A stretch of DNA of 64,000 nt from an uncultured Verrucomicrobiota bacterium (GTDB lineage: Bacteria > Verrucomicrobiota > Kiritimatiellia > CAIKKV01 > CAITUY01). How positions within the stretch are numbered: the stretch's first letter is position 1; the number at the start of each line of letters is the position of its first letter. The stretch covers positions 67,552 through 131,551 of the forward strand of contig CAZDUS010000002.1 of NCBI GenBank assembly GCA_964508705.1, written 5' to 3'. The notes beneath the pieces are model-generated. The model did not search any database. It had not been told where the DNA came from and saw nothing but the letters and a program-made list of their open reading frames with translations. The translations under genes and the position numbers were made by a program. This document shows, one piece after another, positions 1 to 10,870 of this stretch.

Positions 1-1079
1 TTCGAGATCGCTATTTGTTGCGACGAGTTATAGAGACTTCCCGTGAAATTGAAAAGGATTGCTATCAAGCTGATGCAGATGCCCAAGCTGTTTTAAGCGG
101 CGCAGAGCAGGCTTTCTTTGATATTACCGTGCATCAGCATGGGCAGATGCCGCCCTGGAGTGATTTGGTTAATGAGGTTGTGCGGCTTTTGGATTCGGGT
201 CATAAGGGGATGATGGGGTTGTCGACGGGATTCAAGGACATTGACCGATGCATTGAGGGGTTGAAGCCCAGTAATATGATAATTCTGGCGGCAAGGCCCT
301 CGATGGGTAAGACCTCGTTGGCGATGAACATTGTGGAAAATGTGGCTTTGGGGCGCGGGGATCCTGAGAGGCGTCCGAGAGCGGTAGGTGTGTTCAGCCT
401 TGAAATGTCGTGCGTGGATTTGGTGAAGCGCATGATTTGCAGCAAGGCGGAAGTATCGATGCAAAAGCTTGGGGCAGGGTTTCTGAGCAAGGTGGACAAC
501 AACAAGTTGATTAACGCGGCTGACGCTTTGATATCGGCGCCGATTCTGTTGGACGATACGGCCGGGCTGGAGATCAGTGAAATTCGAGCCAGGGCACGGC
601 GGATGAAGGTGAAGCATCAGGTGGAGCTTATTGTGGTGGATTATCTTCAGTTGCTGAGGGCACCTGAATATAGCAAGCAAAGCCGGCAGGTGGAAATTTC
701 CATGGTTTCGGCTGGTCTTAAAGGCATGGCCAAGGAATTGAATGTGCCTGTGCTGGTGCTTAGTCAGTTGAGTCGTGCGGCAGAACAACGTGACAAGACA
801 GAGAAGCCGAAATTGTCGGACCTGAGAGATTCAGGCTCTATTGAGCAGGATGCCGATATTGTGATGTTTTTGCAGCGGCCGTCGCGTATACCGAATCATC
901 CCAATCATGACGATCAGACGTTGGCGCTAGTGGATGTTGCGAAGAATCGTAATGGTCCTACGGGAGATGACATTCGATTGGAGTTCAGAGCTGAATACAC
1001 CCGGTTCCTGAATGCAATGCAGCAAGGGGTTGATGAAGCGGGTATGCAGCCCTCATATCTACAAGAGGAGCAGTTATGA
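1..1079 (+). CDS. dnaB: Replicative DNA helicase DnaB, C-terminal ATPase domain (5' end outside the window)
   Basis: The frame is open to the window edge upstream of the listed TTG at 15. Motifs ARPSMGKTS (Walker A), LIVVDYLQLL, LSQLSR and RDSGSIEQDAD are typical of the DnaB RecA-like core. Confidence 0.9.
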   Translation, partial: RDRYLLRRVIETSREIEKDCYQADADAQAVLSGAEQAFFDITVHQHGQMPPWSDLVNEVVRLLDSGHKGMMGLSTGFKDIDRCIEGLKPSNMIILAARPSMGKTSLAMNIVENVALGRGDPERRPRAVGVFSLEMSCVDLVKRMICSKAEVSMQKLGAGFLSKVDNNKLINAADALISAPILLDDTAGLEISEIRARARRMKVKHQVELIVVDYLQLLRAPEYSKQSRQVEISMVSAGLKGMAKELNVPVLVLSQLSRAAEQRDKTEKPKLSDLRDSGSIEQDADIVMFLQRPSRIPNHPNHDDQTLALVDVAKNRNGPTGDDIRLEFRAEYTRFLNAMQQGVDEAGMQPSYLQEEQL

Positions 1080-3406
1080 TGAGATCCGGATGGCTTATTG
1101 TGCTGTTGATTGTTTTCCTCACGAGTGTTCTGCATGCGGAAGTGATCCGCGGGGTAGGTGTGCGATCCCTTGGGGCAGCGCAAGTGGATGAGGCTATAAT
1201 TCGTGGTTATGTGTCGGCCAAAGCAGGGCAGGATTTAGATCGAGGTGTGGTGGCCAGCGATGTGCGACAATTGCTTGCGTCCGGACGATTTTCGAATGTC
1301 AGGGCAGAAGTCGAGCCAGGAACGAATGGTGTGATTTTGGTTTATGCCGTCCAGATGAAGCATAAACTGACGCAGCCGGTTCGTGTTACAGGCGCGAAGG
1401 AGCTGGGATCCGGAAAGGTTATAGACATTCTAGGGTTCAAGCCCGGTGATTTTCTTGATGATCCGTCTGTCGCAGCGAGGGTTGTTGCCCTTAAGGAAGA
1501 ATATCGGAAGAAGCTGTTTGGTTCTGTGGCAATCAAGTGGGATTTGAAGGTGACTGACGAAAAAGCGGGATTGGCAACGTTGAGCATCAACATTCAGGAG
1601 GGCGAACAGCGCAAAGTCTACAAGTACAAGTTTAAGGGGAATACATCCGTGGATGTTTCGGCGCTGAGGGAGGCTATGGAAATTCCGGCGTGGTATAATC
1701 CGCTCGGTTGGTTCCGGAGCTTGCCTTATGACGTAGATGAGTTGCGTGCAGGGTGTGAGCGTATTCGAGGAATTTACAAGGATCGCGGCTTTTTGGATGT
1801 CGAGATTGAGAAGCCTCAGGTCAAGGAAGTTGAGCCGGGTAGTTATGAGGTGACGATTCCAATCCGTGAGGGCATCCCTTACAAGGTGTCGCGAATGGTA
1901 GTGAGTGGCGTCAGCTTATATCCCGAATCAACATTGCTTGGCGGTTGTGGACTGAAGATAGGGGATGTGGCATCCGATAGCCAGATTGCCAAAGCGGCTA
2001 ACAACATAAGGGATTATTACGAAAGCCGGGGTTACATGGGGGCGATGGTTATCTACCGTCTGGATTTGCGGGAGCGGGAAGGGGATGTGGACGTCCGATT
2101 TGTGGTTACTGAGGGGGAATTGACATATATCCGGAACGTGTTGATCCAGGGGAACAGCATCACCAAGGACAAGGTGATCCGCCGTGAACTTCAGGTTTAC
2201 CCCGGGCAGAAATATGATGGAGTCAGGGTTCGACAGAGTGAGAGCAAACTAAGAAATTTGAACTTCTTTGAGACTGTGAGCGCCACAGCAGAGCCAACTT
2301 CAACGTCAAATAAGAGCGATTTGGTTTTCCTGGTTGAAGAAAAACCCACTGGACAGTTCATGGCCGGTGCTGGTTTTTCAAGTATCGATAAGCTGGTGGG
2401 GTTTGTTGAAATTAGCCAGGGAAACTTTGATTTAGGCGGCTGGCCACCAGTGGGTAATGGGCAGAAGGTGAAATTCAGGGTTGAGGCAGGGTCAACTCGC
2501 GAAGACTACACATTGTCGTTTGTTGAGCCTTGGTTTCTGGATCGACAATTGTCGCTAAGTTTTGATCTGTACAGTACGCGGCATGATGACACTGACTATG
2601 AAGTGCAGAGGCAGGGTACTGCGGTGGGGCTGGGCGTGCCGATGCCGGGGCCCAACCGGTTAGATCTGAAATACCGGTTGGAAAACGTGGATATTAAGAA
2701 TGTGGAAGACACCAACGCCTACGTGGTAGTTGAAAACGGAGAGGCAACGGAGTTCTATTTTTCGGAACCAGAGCGAGTGGAGAGTTCGCTTAGCGCAACG
2801 TGGACGCGGGATACGCGGGATAATTTCTTTTTGCCGACACGTGGAAACAGGTCGTCGTTTTCCAGCACACTTATGGGTGGCCCACTCGGGTTTGATACTG
2901 ATCTTTATGATCTAGAAATGAGCAGCGCGAGTCATTATGCCCTGTGGCTGGGGCATATATTAAGTGTGCGAGGTCGCGCGGAAGTTGTGGATTTGCTTCA
3001 GGAAAGCACAGATAAAGAAGTGCCGCTTTCTGAGCGGCTCTTTGCCGGGGGTGCCCGTACCATTCGAGGGTTTCGTTATCGCTGGGTTGGCCCGATAGCT
3101 GAAAGCGTAGATGGGACAGGCGAGCTGCGTCCATGTGGTGGTCAGACGTTATTTGTGGCCAGCGCTGAGTATTCAATGCCCGTTGGCATACCCAAGTTCA
3201 GACTTGCGGCGTTCTATGATATTGGTGATGTGGCATTTGAGCCCTATGACTTCGATTTCGGAGGGGTGTCGGCTGGCGCCGGTGTAGGGATCCGTCTTGA
3301 TATACCAGGATTCCCTATACGATTTGATTATGCATGGCCGGTCATTCAGGATGATCCGAGGGCAGAGGTTGAGAATGTCAGCTTCTGGATGGGTTACGGC
3401 TTCTAA
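1076..3406 (+). CDS. bamA: Outer membrane protein assembly factor BamA (Omp85/D15 family)
   Basis: 776-aa ORF with a hydrophobic N-terminal signal, repeated POTRA-like modules and a C-terminal barrel ending in WMGYGF. The start overlaps the dnaB stop (ATGA). It is followed by skp and lpxD, as in the conserved bamA-skp-lpxD cluster. Confidence 0.9.
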   Translation: MMRSGWLIVLLIVFLTSVLHAEVIRGVGVRSLGAAQVDEAIIRGYVSAKAGQDLDRGVVASDVRQLLASGRFSNVRAEVEPGTNGVILVYAVQMKHKLTQPVRVTGAKELGSGKVIDILGFKPGDFLDDPSVAARVVALKEEYRKKLFGSVAIKWDLKVTDEKAGLATLSINIQEGEQRKVYKYKFKGNTSVDVSALREAMEIPAWYNPLGWFRSLPYDVDELRAGCERIRGIYKDRGFLDVEIEKPQVKEVEPGSYEVTIPIREGIPYKVSRMVVSGVSLYPESTLLGGCGLKIGDVASDSQIAKAANNIRDYYESRGYMGAMVIYRLDLREREGDVDVRFVVTEGELTYIRNVLIQGNSITKDKVIRRELQVYPGQKYDGVRVRQSESKLRNLNFFETVSATAEPTSTSNKSDLVFLVEEKPTGQFMAGAGFSSIDKLVGFVEISQGNFDLGGWPPVGNGQKVKFRVEAGSTREDYTLSFVEPWFLDRQLSLSFDLYSTRHDDTDYEVQRQGTAVGLGVPMPGPNRLDLKYRLENVDIKNVEDTNAYVVVENGEATEFYFSEPERVESSLSATWTRDTRDNFFLPTRGNRSSFSSTLMGGPLGFDTDLYDLEMSSASHYALWLGHILSVRGRAEVVDLLQESTDKEVPLSERLFAGGARTIRGFRYRWVGPIAESVDGTGELRPCGGQTLFVASAEYSMPVGIPKFRLAAFYDIGDVAFEPYDFDFGGVSAGAGVGIRLDIPGFPIRFDYAWPVIQDDPRAEVENVSFWMGYGF

Positions 3407-3439
3407 TGATTTTGTTGTTAACTGTATGAGGAGGATGAT

Positions 3440-4021
3440 GTGAAATCACGTTTATTGGCGATAACGATGGCCATTGGATTTGTAACGTCCGTGGCGTTCT
3501 CTGGTGAGACGAAAATTGCGGTTGTGAACGGAAGCCGAGTGCTCAAGGAGTATTACAAGACCGAGTTGGCAGACACGCATATCCAACAGCAATTGGAGGA
3601 TTTTTCCGCTGAGCGGGATAAATTGCTGGCTGAACATAGGAAGCTAAAACAAGATTTTGAAGCGCTTCGTGCAGAGTCTCAGAACAAGGCTTTGACAGAG
3701 GAAGCGCGCGAGAAAAAGCGTGAGCAGGCGGAAGAGAAGATCGCGGAAGTTATAGAGTATGAGGGCGCGATCCGCGATAAGGCGGCTTCGCGAAAAAAAC
3801 AGATTGAAGGCGAGGGGCGGAAAATACATGCGGAATTGGCCAAGGCGGTGAAGTCGGCCGTTCAAGCGTGCGCGACCAAAAGCGGGTACGGTCTTGTCCT
3901 CGAGTGCGGTGGCCAGTTGGCTAACGGGCTTGAGCCTGTTCTTTACGCGGAGCCGACGATGGATATTACGGATGACGTGATTCGCCTGCTAAATGCCGGC
4001 CAATCGGCAAGCAAGGAGTGA
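3440..4021 (+). CDS. skp: Periplasmic chaperone Skp/OmpH family
   Basis: 193 aa with a signal peptide and a Lys/Glu/Ala-rich coiled-coil body. GAGGAGG Shine-Dalgarno sits just upstream of the GTG start. It lies between bamA and lpxD. Confidence 0.75.
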   Translation: MKSRLLAITMAIGFVTSVAFSGETKIAVVNGSRVLKEYYKTELADTHIQQQLEDFSAERDKLLAEHRKLKQDFEALRAESQNKALTEEAREKKREQAEEKIAEVIEYEGAIRDKAASRKKQIEGEGRKIHAELAKAVKSAVQACATKSGYGLVLECGGQLANGLEPVLYAEPTMDITDDVIRLLNAGQSASKE

Positions 4022-5058
4022 CGAATATGCTCGTGACGGTTAAGGAATTAGTGAGCCGACTGGGGGGCGTAGTGGAGGGCGATGAGTCGCTCGAAATAGC
4101 AGGCGTGGCGTCGTTAGACCAGGCTGTGAAAGGGGATATAAGTTTCCTCAGCAATCCGCGTTATACGCCAATGATGAAGACGACCAAGGCGTCTGCGGTG
4201 CTTGTAAATGAATCGTGGCAAGGAGAGAGCGCGGCGGTTCTTATTCGCGTGAAGAATGCGGATGCGGCCTTTGCCCAAGTTGCGGTTTGGCTGGCGCGGC
4301 CTCCCGTCAAGTATACGCCGGGCATCCATGCGACGGCTATCATTGCTGAAGGCGTTATTCTGGGGCGCGATGTCCATATCGGGCCATATTGCGTTGTCGA
4401 GCGGGGTGTCAAGATCGGTGATCGGACTGAACTTATTTCGGGATGCTATGTGGGACAGGAATGTGAATTGGGTTCCGATTGCCGATTTTACCCAACGGTT
4501 AGCATCAGGGAGCACACGCGGATTGGTAATCGCGTGATTGTGCATAACGGAGCTGTGATCGGAAGCGACGGTTTTGGTTATGTGAAAGAAGCTGGGCATT
4601 GGAAAAAAGTGCCGCAGATCGGGAACGTTGAAATTGGTGACGATGTTGAGATTGGCGCTAATACCACGGTTGACCGGGCACGATTCGGGGTGACTCGGAT
4701 AGGGAACGGGGTGAAAATCGACAACCTTGTCCAGGTGGCTCACAATGTGACGATAGGCAATGATACGGCCATAGCAGGGTTGGCGGGTATTTCGGGCAGT
4801 GCGCATATTGGAGCCCGCGTTCAAATTGGCGGACAAGCGGGGATTGGAGGGCATCTTAAGATCGGGGATGACTCGATTGTAGGTGGACAGGCAGGAGTGA
4901 TGAAGGAAGTTCCTCCGGCGACGTTTGTGTCTGGGTATCCGGCATTGCCGCACGATGAGTCGCGCAAAGCGTATGCGCACATGATGAGAATTCCCGAGTT
5001 GAAAAAACGCATTGCCGCCATGGAATCAAGAATTAATGCGCTGGAGGGAAAAGCATGA
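4018..5058 (+). CDS. lpxD: UDP-3-O-acylglucosamine N-acyltransferase LpxD
   Basis: 346 aa with a long run of left-handed beta-helix hexapeptide repeats (IGxxVxIG...) and a C-terminal helical tail. Context next to skp supports the call. Confidence 0.9.
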   Translation: MTNMLVTVKELVSRLGGVVEGDESLEIAGVASLDQAVKGDISFLSNPRYTPMMKTTKASAVLVNESWQGESAAVLIRVKNADAAFAQVAVWLARPPVKYTPGIHATAIIAEGVILGRDVHIGPYCVVERGVKIGDRTELISGCYVGQECELGSDCRFYPTVSIREHTRIGNRVIVHNGAVIGSDGFGYVKEAGHWKKVPQIGNVEIGDDVEIGANTTVDRARFGVTRIGNGVKIDNLVQVAHNVTIGNDTAIAGLAGISGSAHIGARVQIGGQAGIGGHLKIGDDSIVGGQAGVMKEVPPATFVSGYPALPHDESRKAYAHMMRIPELKKRIAAMESRINALEGKA

Positions 5059-6032
5059 AGGTGTTCCTGACAGGGGGGGCTGGCTATATCGGGAGTGTGA
5101 CGACGGAATTGCTGTTGAATGCCGGGCATGAAGTTGTGATTTTTGACAATCTCGAGCGCGGACACCGCGAAGCTGTGGATAAGCGCGCGCGACTTGTGGT
5201 AGGTGACTTGCGAAATGCCAGTCAGATTAAAAAAGCCATGTTGGACGCGAAGCCGGATGCGGTGATGCATTTCGCTGCCTATGCGTTGGTGGGTGAATCC
5301 ATGCGGGATCCGGGTTTATACTTCACCAACAATGTGACAGGCGGGGTGAATCTTGCGGCGGCGATGGTGAAAGCCGGTGTTCCTAAAATTGTGTTTTCAT
5401 CTACCTGTGCCACCTACGGTTTTCCCGAGCGTATTCCGATAACGGAAGACACGCCACAACGGCCTGTTAATCCTTATGGTGAATCCAAGCTCATGTATGA
5501 AAAGGTTTTGGGGTGGCATCAGCAGATTCACGGAATCAAACCGGTTTTCCTGCGATATTTTAATGCATCAGGGGCAACGGAAAAATTCGGTGAGGATCAT
5601 GAGCCAGAGACGCACTTGATTCCCAATGTCATCAAGGTTGCCCTTGGGCAGAAACCTTTCGTGCAGATATTTGGGAATGATTATCAAACTCCAGATGGGA
5701 CCTGCATACGTGATTATATTCATATAGTTGATCTTGGGCGTGCACATATGCTGGCTTTAGCAGGAACTCATACTGGCGCGTTCAACCTGGGGACAGGCAC
5801 GGGATTTTCGGTAAGAGAGGTGATTGACGTGGTGCGGCAGGTGACAGGACACGCTGTGCCGGAATCATTTTCGCCTAGACGTCCTGGTGATCCGGATCGA
5901 CTGGTGGCGGCGGCCGAGCGGGCAAAAACCGTGCTTGGTTGGACGCCTGTGAATTCAACGCTTAAATCTATAGTGGAAAGCGCGTGGGCATGGCATCAGG
6001 CTCATCCGCATGGTTACAAGAAGACGGCTTGA
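5055..6032 (+). CDS. galE: UDP-glucose 4-epimerase (extended SDR)
   Basis: GGAGYIGS Rossmann motif and the YGESK catalytic YxxxK. Length is 325 aa. Confidence 0.85.
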   Translation: MKVFLTGGAGYIGSVTTELLLNAGHEVVIFDNLERGHREAVDKRARLVVGDLRNASQIKKAMLDAKPDAVMHFAAYALVGESMRDPGLYFTNNVTGGVNLAAAMVKAGVPKIVFSSTCATYGFPERIPITEDTPQRPVNPYGESKLMYEKVLGWHQQIHGIKPVFLRYFNASGATEKFGEDHEPETHLIPNVIKVALGQKPFVQIFGNDYQTPDGTCIRDYIHIVDLGRAHMLALAGTHTGAFNLGTGTGFSVREVIDVVRQVTGHAVPESFSPRRPGDPDRLVAAAERAKTVLGWTPVNSTLKSIVESAWAWHQAHPHGYKKTA

Positions 6033-6062
6033 TTGGCCGCAATTAAGGGAGAAACGACAGTC

Positions 6063-7088
6063 ATGAGCAAGGCAACCAAGAACAGTGAAACAGCAACATC
6101 GTCGTCTTCAGCATTAAGCGCCGTTATGGCTCAGATTCAAAAGGAATTTGGCGATGGCGCCATTATGCGCCTGGGTGAGGCGGAGGGAAGCAAAGAGGTA
6201 TCCGTGATTTCCACGGGGGCGCTATCGTTGGACATGGCGCTTGGGGTTGGCGGGTTGCCACGCGGGCGAGTTGTTGAGATATTTGGACCTGAATCGTCGG
6301 GTAAAACCACACTGACATTGCATGTTATTGCCAATGCACAGAAGAAGGGTGGGTTGGCGGCGTTTATTGACACCGAGCACGCCATGGATCCTGTATACGC
6401 AAAGAAGATTGGAGTCAACTTGGATGATCTGCTGGTTTCGCAGCCGTCATCTGGAGAAGAGGCTCTTAGCATATGTGAAACACTGGTTCGCAGTAATGCA
6501 TTAGACGTTGTGGTGCTTGACTCGGTGGCGGCTTTGGCGCCGCGAGCGGAATTGGATGGCGAGATGGGGGATGCCCATGTGGGGTTACAGGCACGGCTGA
6601 TGTCACAGGCGCTTCGGAAATTAACGGCAGCCATAGCGACCTCCAAGACGCTTTGCATTTTCACCAATCAGATTCGCGAGAAGATAGGCGTTATGTTCGG
6701 AAATCCGGAGACAACACCGGGTGGACGTGCGCTGAAGTTTTATTCGTCGGTTCGTTTGGATATTCGCAGGATTGCGGCGATCAAAGATTCAGCCGGTAAG
6801 ATAATTGGGAACAGGACGCGAGTGAAGGTCGTCAAGAACAAGGTGGCGGCACCGTTTGTTGAATCGGAATTCGATATTCTTTTCGCGCGTGGTATTTGGT
6901 GGGCAGGGTCGGTGGTGGATTGCGCAATTGAGCATGGAATTATTGAAAAAAGAGGCTCATGGCTTTCCTTCGAGGGTAATCAATTGGGGCAGGGACGTGA
7001 GGCGGCGGCCGAGCAGGTTGCCAAGGATGCCGTGGTGGAGAAGCAATTGATTGCGAAAATTGTGGAAAAGCTGCAGGCGGTGAAATAA
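6063..7088 (+). CDS. recA: Recombinase RecA
   Basis: [10 protein letters not shown] Walker A and the canonical RecA core ([23 protein letters not shown]). ATG at 6063 is preceded by AAGGGAG. The TTG at 6033 is a less likely start. Confidence 0.95.
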   Translation: MSKATKNSETATSSSSALSAVMAQIQKEFGDGAIMRLGEAEGSKEVSVISTGALSLDMALGVGGLPRGRVVEIFGPESSGKTTLTLHVIANAQKKGGLAAFIDTEHAMDPVYAKKIGVNLDDLLVSQPSSGEEALSICETLVRSNALDVVVLDSVAALAPRAELDGEMGDAHVGLQARLMSQALRKLTAAIATSKTLCIFTNQIREKIGVMFGNPETTPGGRALKFYSSVRLDIRRIAAIKDSAGKIIGNRTRVKVVKNKVAAPFVESEFDILFARGIWWAGSVVDCAIEHGIIEKRGSWLSFEGNQLGQGREAAAEQVAKDAVVEKQLIAKIVEKLQAVK

Positions 7089-7127
7089 CTGCCGGGATGC
7101 CGATTGATACAAGCCGTCAACACCACC

Positions 7128-7739
7128 ATGAAAAACGATAACGAAGAAATATTAGTAGTCGAGCGTTCCTTGGTTGAGCGGTTAGGCATGTTTCAGGGGT
7201 TGAGGCTGGATGTGGATCGGTATTTGGCAGAGATGCTCAATCCCAGGAATTACCGATTTGTTCCCCGATATAAGGCGGAAGCTGATGAAACGCTCAAGCA
7301 GTTGATTCCTTATTTCCTGATTTGTCATGACGACAAAATCTGGTGTTATGTGCGAGGGAAGAAGTCTGGCGAGGAGCGGCTTGTCGCCAAGGCCTCCATC
7401 GGGATAGGTGGACACATCAATAATGAGGACATTAATCTTTTTGGGGATGTTTATTCCACAGCCGCACTGAGGGAGCTTGAAGAAGAAGTGAAGATTGAAG
7501 GGACATACCAACAAAAGGTAGTTGCCTTGCTGAATGACGATGAGACACCTGTGGGGCGTGTCCATCTTGGTGTCATTCACGTTTTAAGGGCTTCCTCCTC
7601 GAATGTGGTGAAGCGAGAGGGAGTCATTACTGAGTCAGGCTTCAGGACGCTGGGCGAGTTGAAGGGTATGAGGGATCGAATGGAGACTTGGTCGCGGATA
7701 TGTCTTGATGAAATTGACGGTCTAATGGCCCGGGGATAA
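7128..7739 (+). CDS. Nudix-like phosphohydrolase family protein (tentative)
   Basis: GIGGHINNED...AALRELEEEVKIEG resembles an imperfect Nudix box. ATG at 7128 is the preferred start. Confidence 0.5.
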   Translation: MKNDNEEILVVERSLVERLGMFQGLRLDVDRYLAEMLNPRNYRFVPRYKAEADETLKQLIPYFLICHDDKIWCYVRGKKSGEERLVAKASIGIGGHINNEDINLFGDVYSTAALRELEEEVKIEGTYQQKVVALLNDDETPVGRVHLGVIHVLRASSSNVVKREGVITESGFRTLGELKGMRDRMETWSRICLDEIDGLMARG

Positions 7740-7805
7740 GGGGCGGGGCAAAAATATTCCCTCACCCCTGTTCACTTTCCTAAAGGGAACGGGCGTTTCA
7801 ATGTC

Positions 7806-8771
7806 TTATGTCAGGAAGCCAGCTTTTCTGAGGTTGTTGGTGATTCTCGTCTCTGCTGGCTCGTCGCTGATTTTGAATTCCAAGCCTGTGACGGTTTCAT
7901 AGGCCTGAATGTAGCGTTTCGCGGCTTCAATGCGAACTTCGTCAGTTAATGCAGGAGGCTGACCGTCACCGCGGAAACCTTGAGAGACAAGCCATTCCCT
8001 GACGTATTCCTTGTCGATTTTACGCTGATCTTTTCTGGCCGCGAAGAGCTCCTCGTAGGTATCAGAAAACCAATAGCGAGATGAATCGGGGGTGTGGATT
8101 TCATCGGACACCACCAATTTTCCGTTAAGTTTTCCCAACTCGTATTTTGTATCCACAAGGATCAGGCCGCGTGAGGCGGCATGTTTTACACCGGCATCAA
8201 AGAGGTGGAAGCAGATGTCGGCGGCATCATCAAAAGTGCGGGCGTCAATGAGTCCCTCCTTGATCGCTTCTTCTCGGGAAATGGGGCGATCGTGTTTTTC
8301 GTGCTTGGTGGTTGGGGTGAGGATGGGGCGGTCGAGTTTCTGATCCTTGCGGAGACCCTCGGCGAGCATGTTGCCGCAGAAGTTACGAACGCCTCGCTCA
8401 TAGTTGTACCAAGCCGACGTTTTGGTGACGCCAGTGATGTGGCCTCGGACAATGAATTCCAAGGGGAGTTGTTCGCACTCATGGACCACCATAACGCAAG
8501 GGTCGGGGATAGAGACGACATGATTGGGAATTATGGATTTCGTTTTTTCGAACCAGAAGGCGGCAAGCTGGTTTAGTACCTGGCCTTTGAAGGGAATTGT
8601 GCCAATGATGCAGTCGAAAGCCGAAACGCGATCCGTGGTGATGAGAATCCGGCGGTTGCCGGCGATATAGCTTTCACGGACTTTGCCTTGGTGGCGTTCG
8701 CCTAGTCCTGTGAAAGCTGTTGAGTCAAGCGTTCGGTTGAGTTCGGCTCGTATACGGGATTCAGCGATCAT
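7806..8771 (-). CDS. purC: Phosphoribosylaminoimidazole-succinocarboxamide (SAICAR) synthase, long form
   Basis: 321 aa with GKVRESY, LILVDTKYELG and DEIHTPDSSRYW motifs characteristic of PurC. Confidence 0.9.
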   Translation of the reverse strand: MIAESRIRAELNRTLDSTAFTGLGERHQGKVRESYIAGNRRILITTDRVSAFDCIIGTIPFKGQVLNQLAAFWFEKTKSIIPNHVVSIPDPCVMVVHECEQLPLEFIVRGHITGVTKTSAWYNYERGVRNFCGNMLAEGLRKDQKLDRPILTPTTKHEKHDRPISREEAIKEGLIDARTFDDAADICFHLFDAGVKHAASRGLILVDTKYELGKLNGKLVVSDEIHTPDSSRYWFSDTYEELFAARKDQRKIDKEYVREWLVSQGFRGDGQPPALTDEVRIEAAKRYIQAYETVTGLEFKISDEPAETRITNNLRKAGFLT

Positions 8772-8815
8772 GTGAGTGTCCTTTCCTGATAAACTGTTTC
8801 ATGCGTAAAAAGAAA

Positions 8816-9478
8816 TCATGATGGGTGCCGTAACTGGGCGACATAGGGGTAGAGTTGGCGACCGGGGCATGCACTTGGGCTCAAGTCACGATGGCCGTAG
8901 ATGCGAGAGCTACGGATACCGCAGGTGCGTCTCAAGGCCAGGATTAGATCGTTCATGGCTGTTAATTGCGAGTGTGACGGCCGCTGGCGCTCGAAGTTGC
9001 CCAGCAATACGATCCCGATGTTTCCCTCGTTATTGCTTAGCACATGCGCGCCCTCATAGCAGAGTGAGCGACCTTCCCAGACTCGGCCAACGTAATCAAC
9101 GGCCAGATGATAGGCGATGTCACCGTAACGGCGAGAACGGTGAGCGTAGAGAACGGTTTGGAGCTCACGAGCCACATAGGTGTGGGAGGTCGCATAGAAT
9201 GGATCGGTGCCCTCATGGTGAACTGTTATTCTGGAGTAACGCCCTGAAGGGTTAAGGCGATTGCGATTGGGAGGCGTGCGGTCCCAGGAAGAGCGACGGA
9301 TGAGGGTCATTTCGGAGGCTATGGCGTCCAGAATGGTTGTGGGTCGCAGGGTTTTGCGAGGGATGGCACTGGCGATAGAAGGGAACAGGGAGACAACAAT
9401 CGCCCCAAGCCCGAGCATCAGGGCGTTACGCCTAGTGCAGGTTTGAGGTAGTAACTGTTTCTCTATCAAGTCGTTCAT
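8816..9478 (-). CDS. N-acetylmuramoyl-L-alanine amidase (amidase_2/PGRP-like)
   Basis: ITVHHEG, YHLAVDYVGRVWEGR, GAHV and IYGHRDL..ACPG motifs. The N-terminal TRRNAL plus a hydrophobic stretch ending in ASA looks like an export signal. Confidence 0.8.
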   Translation of the reverse strand: MNDLIEKQLLPQTCTRRNALMLGLGAIVVSLFPSIASAIPRKTLRPTTILDAIASEMTLIRRSSWDRTPPNRNRLNPSGRYSRITVHHEGTDPFYATSHTYVARELQTVLYAHRSRRYGDIAYHLAVDYVGRVWEGRSLCYEGAHVLSNNEGNIGIVLLGNFERQRPSHSQLTAMNDLILALRRTCGIRSSRIYGHRDLSPSACPGRQLYPYVAQLRHPS

Positions 9479-9485
9479 GGAGAAT

Positions 9486-10115
9486 TTAAGCTTCGACGCT
9501 CAATATCACTGGTGTGGAATCCCATCCTCGCTGATGACGCTTTTGGTCCAGCTGTCGCGCGCAATAATCACGTATTTCGTTCGTCAGGAGCTGAATGGCC
9601 AGAGGGGTGTTGTGAGATCCCAGGATGGATGCAGCCACTATGTTTAGCCCTTTAAGTCCCATTACTCCGCGCCCGCTGGTGGCATCCCATACATCAGCGT
9701 AATCGTGAAGCAGTGTTCGAAGGTGTCCGAAGAGGAGTAGTTCCGTGCAGGGTGTTGCATGTGAGATGATCTTGGTAATATCAAGTGTCCAGACTGTGTC
9801 CTGTCCGGCGGTAATCCAGGAGGCGGCATAGACGGAGGAAGTGCCGGCGAGATGGAGGCGACGAGCAATGGATGACTCGCCTGCGGCTTCCAGGGCACGG
9901 GACATAAGTTTGCAGGAGGTATGCGGGTCCAATTCATGCGGGAAGGTGTCCTGTTCCCTTAAAAGGGCTGCGACTCCCTGGGCCGCCTCGCAAACGGGGG
10001 GCGAGTTTGCCAGCTCCGGTTTCCCGCATAAGGATGGCGCTTGTTCCAGCAGTCGATCAGTTAAATCATGGTGCCATTGCTCGGTGGCAGTTGTGGTGTT
10101 TGACTGCAGGATCAC
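9486..10115 (-). CDS. Hypothetical protein (209 aa)
   Basis: ORF whose start overlaps the nrdR stop by 4 nt. I recognise no motif in it. Confidence 0.45.
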   Translation of the reverse strand: MILQSNTTTATEQWHHDLTDRLLEQAPSLCGKPELANSPPVCEAAQGVAALLREQDTFPHELDPHTSCKLMSRALEAAGESSIARRLHLAGTSSVYAASWITAGQDTVWTLDITKIISHATPCTELLLFGHLRTLLHDYADVWDATSGRGVMGLKGLNIVAASILGSHNTPLAIQLLTNEIRDYCARQLDQKRHQRGWDSTPVILSVEA

Positions 10116-10564
10116 TTACTCACCATCCCTTGGATTGCGTTAAGGAATTGATTAACGTCCTTAAAGCGGCGATAGACGGAAGCGAAACGGACATAAGCAA
10201 CGTCATCAAGTTTTTCAAGACGTTCCATGACTTTTTCTCCGATGGTTTCGCTGGGAACTTCGCGTTCAAATTCGTTCTCAAGTTCGGTGATGATGCCATC
10301 AACGAGCATTTCAATCTGTTCGGGGCTGACAGGTCGTTTTTCGCAAGCGCGTCCGACGCCGTTGATCAGTTTTTCTCGGGAGAGTTCTTCATGGCGCCCA
10401 TCGCGTTTGATCACATGGAGTTCCACTTTGACCACTTCTTCGCGAGTGGTGAACCGATGGTTACAACTTTCGCACGAACGACGACGGCGAATGATATCGC
10501 CGGCGCGGGATGCGCGACTGTCGATAACCTTGTCTTCTGTATGGCCGCATCGTGGGCAACGCAT
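10112..10564 (-). CDS. nrdR: Transcriptional repressor NrdR
   Basis: MRCPRCGH...CESCNHRFTT zinc ribbon followed by an ATP-cone. ATG at 10564 is preferred over the longer listed ORF. Confidence 0.9.
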   Translation of the reverse strand: MRCPRCGHTEDKVIDSRASRAGDIIRRRRSCESCNHRFTTREEVVKVELHVIKRDGRHEELSREKLINGVGRACEKRPVSPEQIEMLVDGIITELENEFEREVPSETIGEKVMERLEKLDDVAYVRFASVYRRFKDVNQFLNAIQGMVSK

Positions 10565-10697
10565 GATTAATTGTGTCCTCCGTTTAACGGTGCACATTAT
10601 TACGGAAGAGGTGGAACCAGGTCAATCTTTTGAGAGAGCGTGCATTGGTCGCGGAGAACTCAAGACTGTCGGGCTGTTTGGCAAGAATCAAGGGTGC

Positions 10698-10732
10698 GGT
10701 TTAGTATTTTGTGGGCGAGGTTTAGTATTTTG
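10698..10732. promoter_or_regulatory. Two exact 14-nt direct repeats GGTTTAGTATTTTG with a 21-bp period in the nrdR/serC divergent intergenic region
   Basis: Copies read at 10698-10711 and 10719-10732. They lie between the divergent nrdR and serC starts. Confidence 0.5.
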
Positions 10733-10870
10733 CCATTTTTAATGTCTGGGAATTTCGGATTGAATGGGAGCGGATTATGTCTAAACTCTGTAACAGTTTT
10801 TAGAATAAAGGCCGCTGAAGGTCTCGCTGGAGCGGGGCAGGCAGAGGCTGCTAAAAGAGAGAGGTTGATT

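Noticed and set aside
10640-10870. The long N-terminal extension of serC in the ORF track (start 10640)
   Set aside because: The extension is non-conserved-looking and covers the direct-repeat regulatory region. The canonical SerC N-terminus MARIFNFGAGPA starts at 10871 with a purine-rich RBS.
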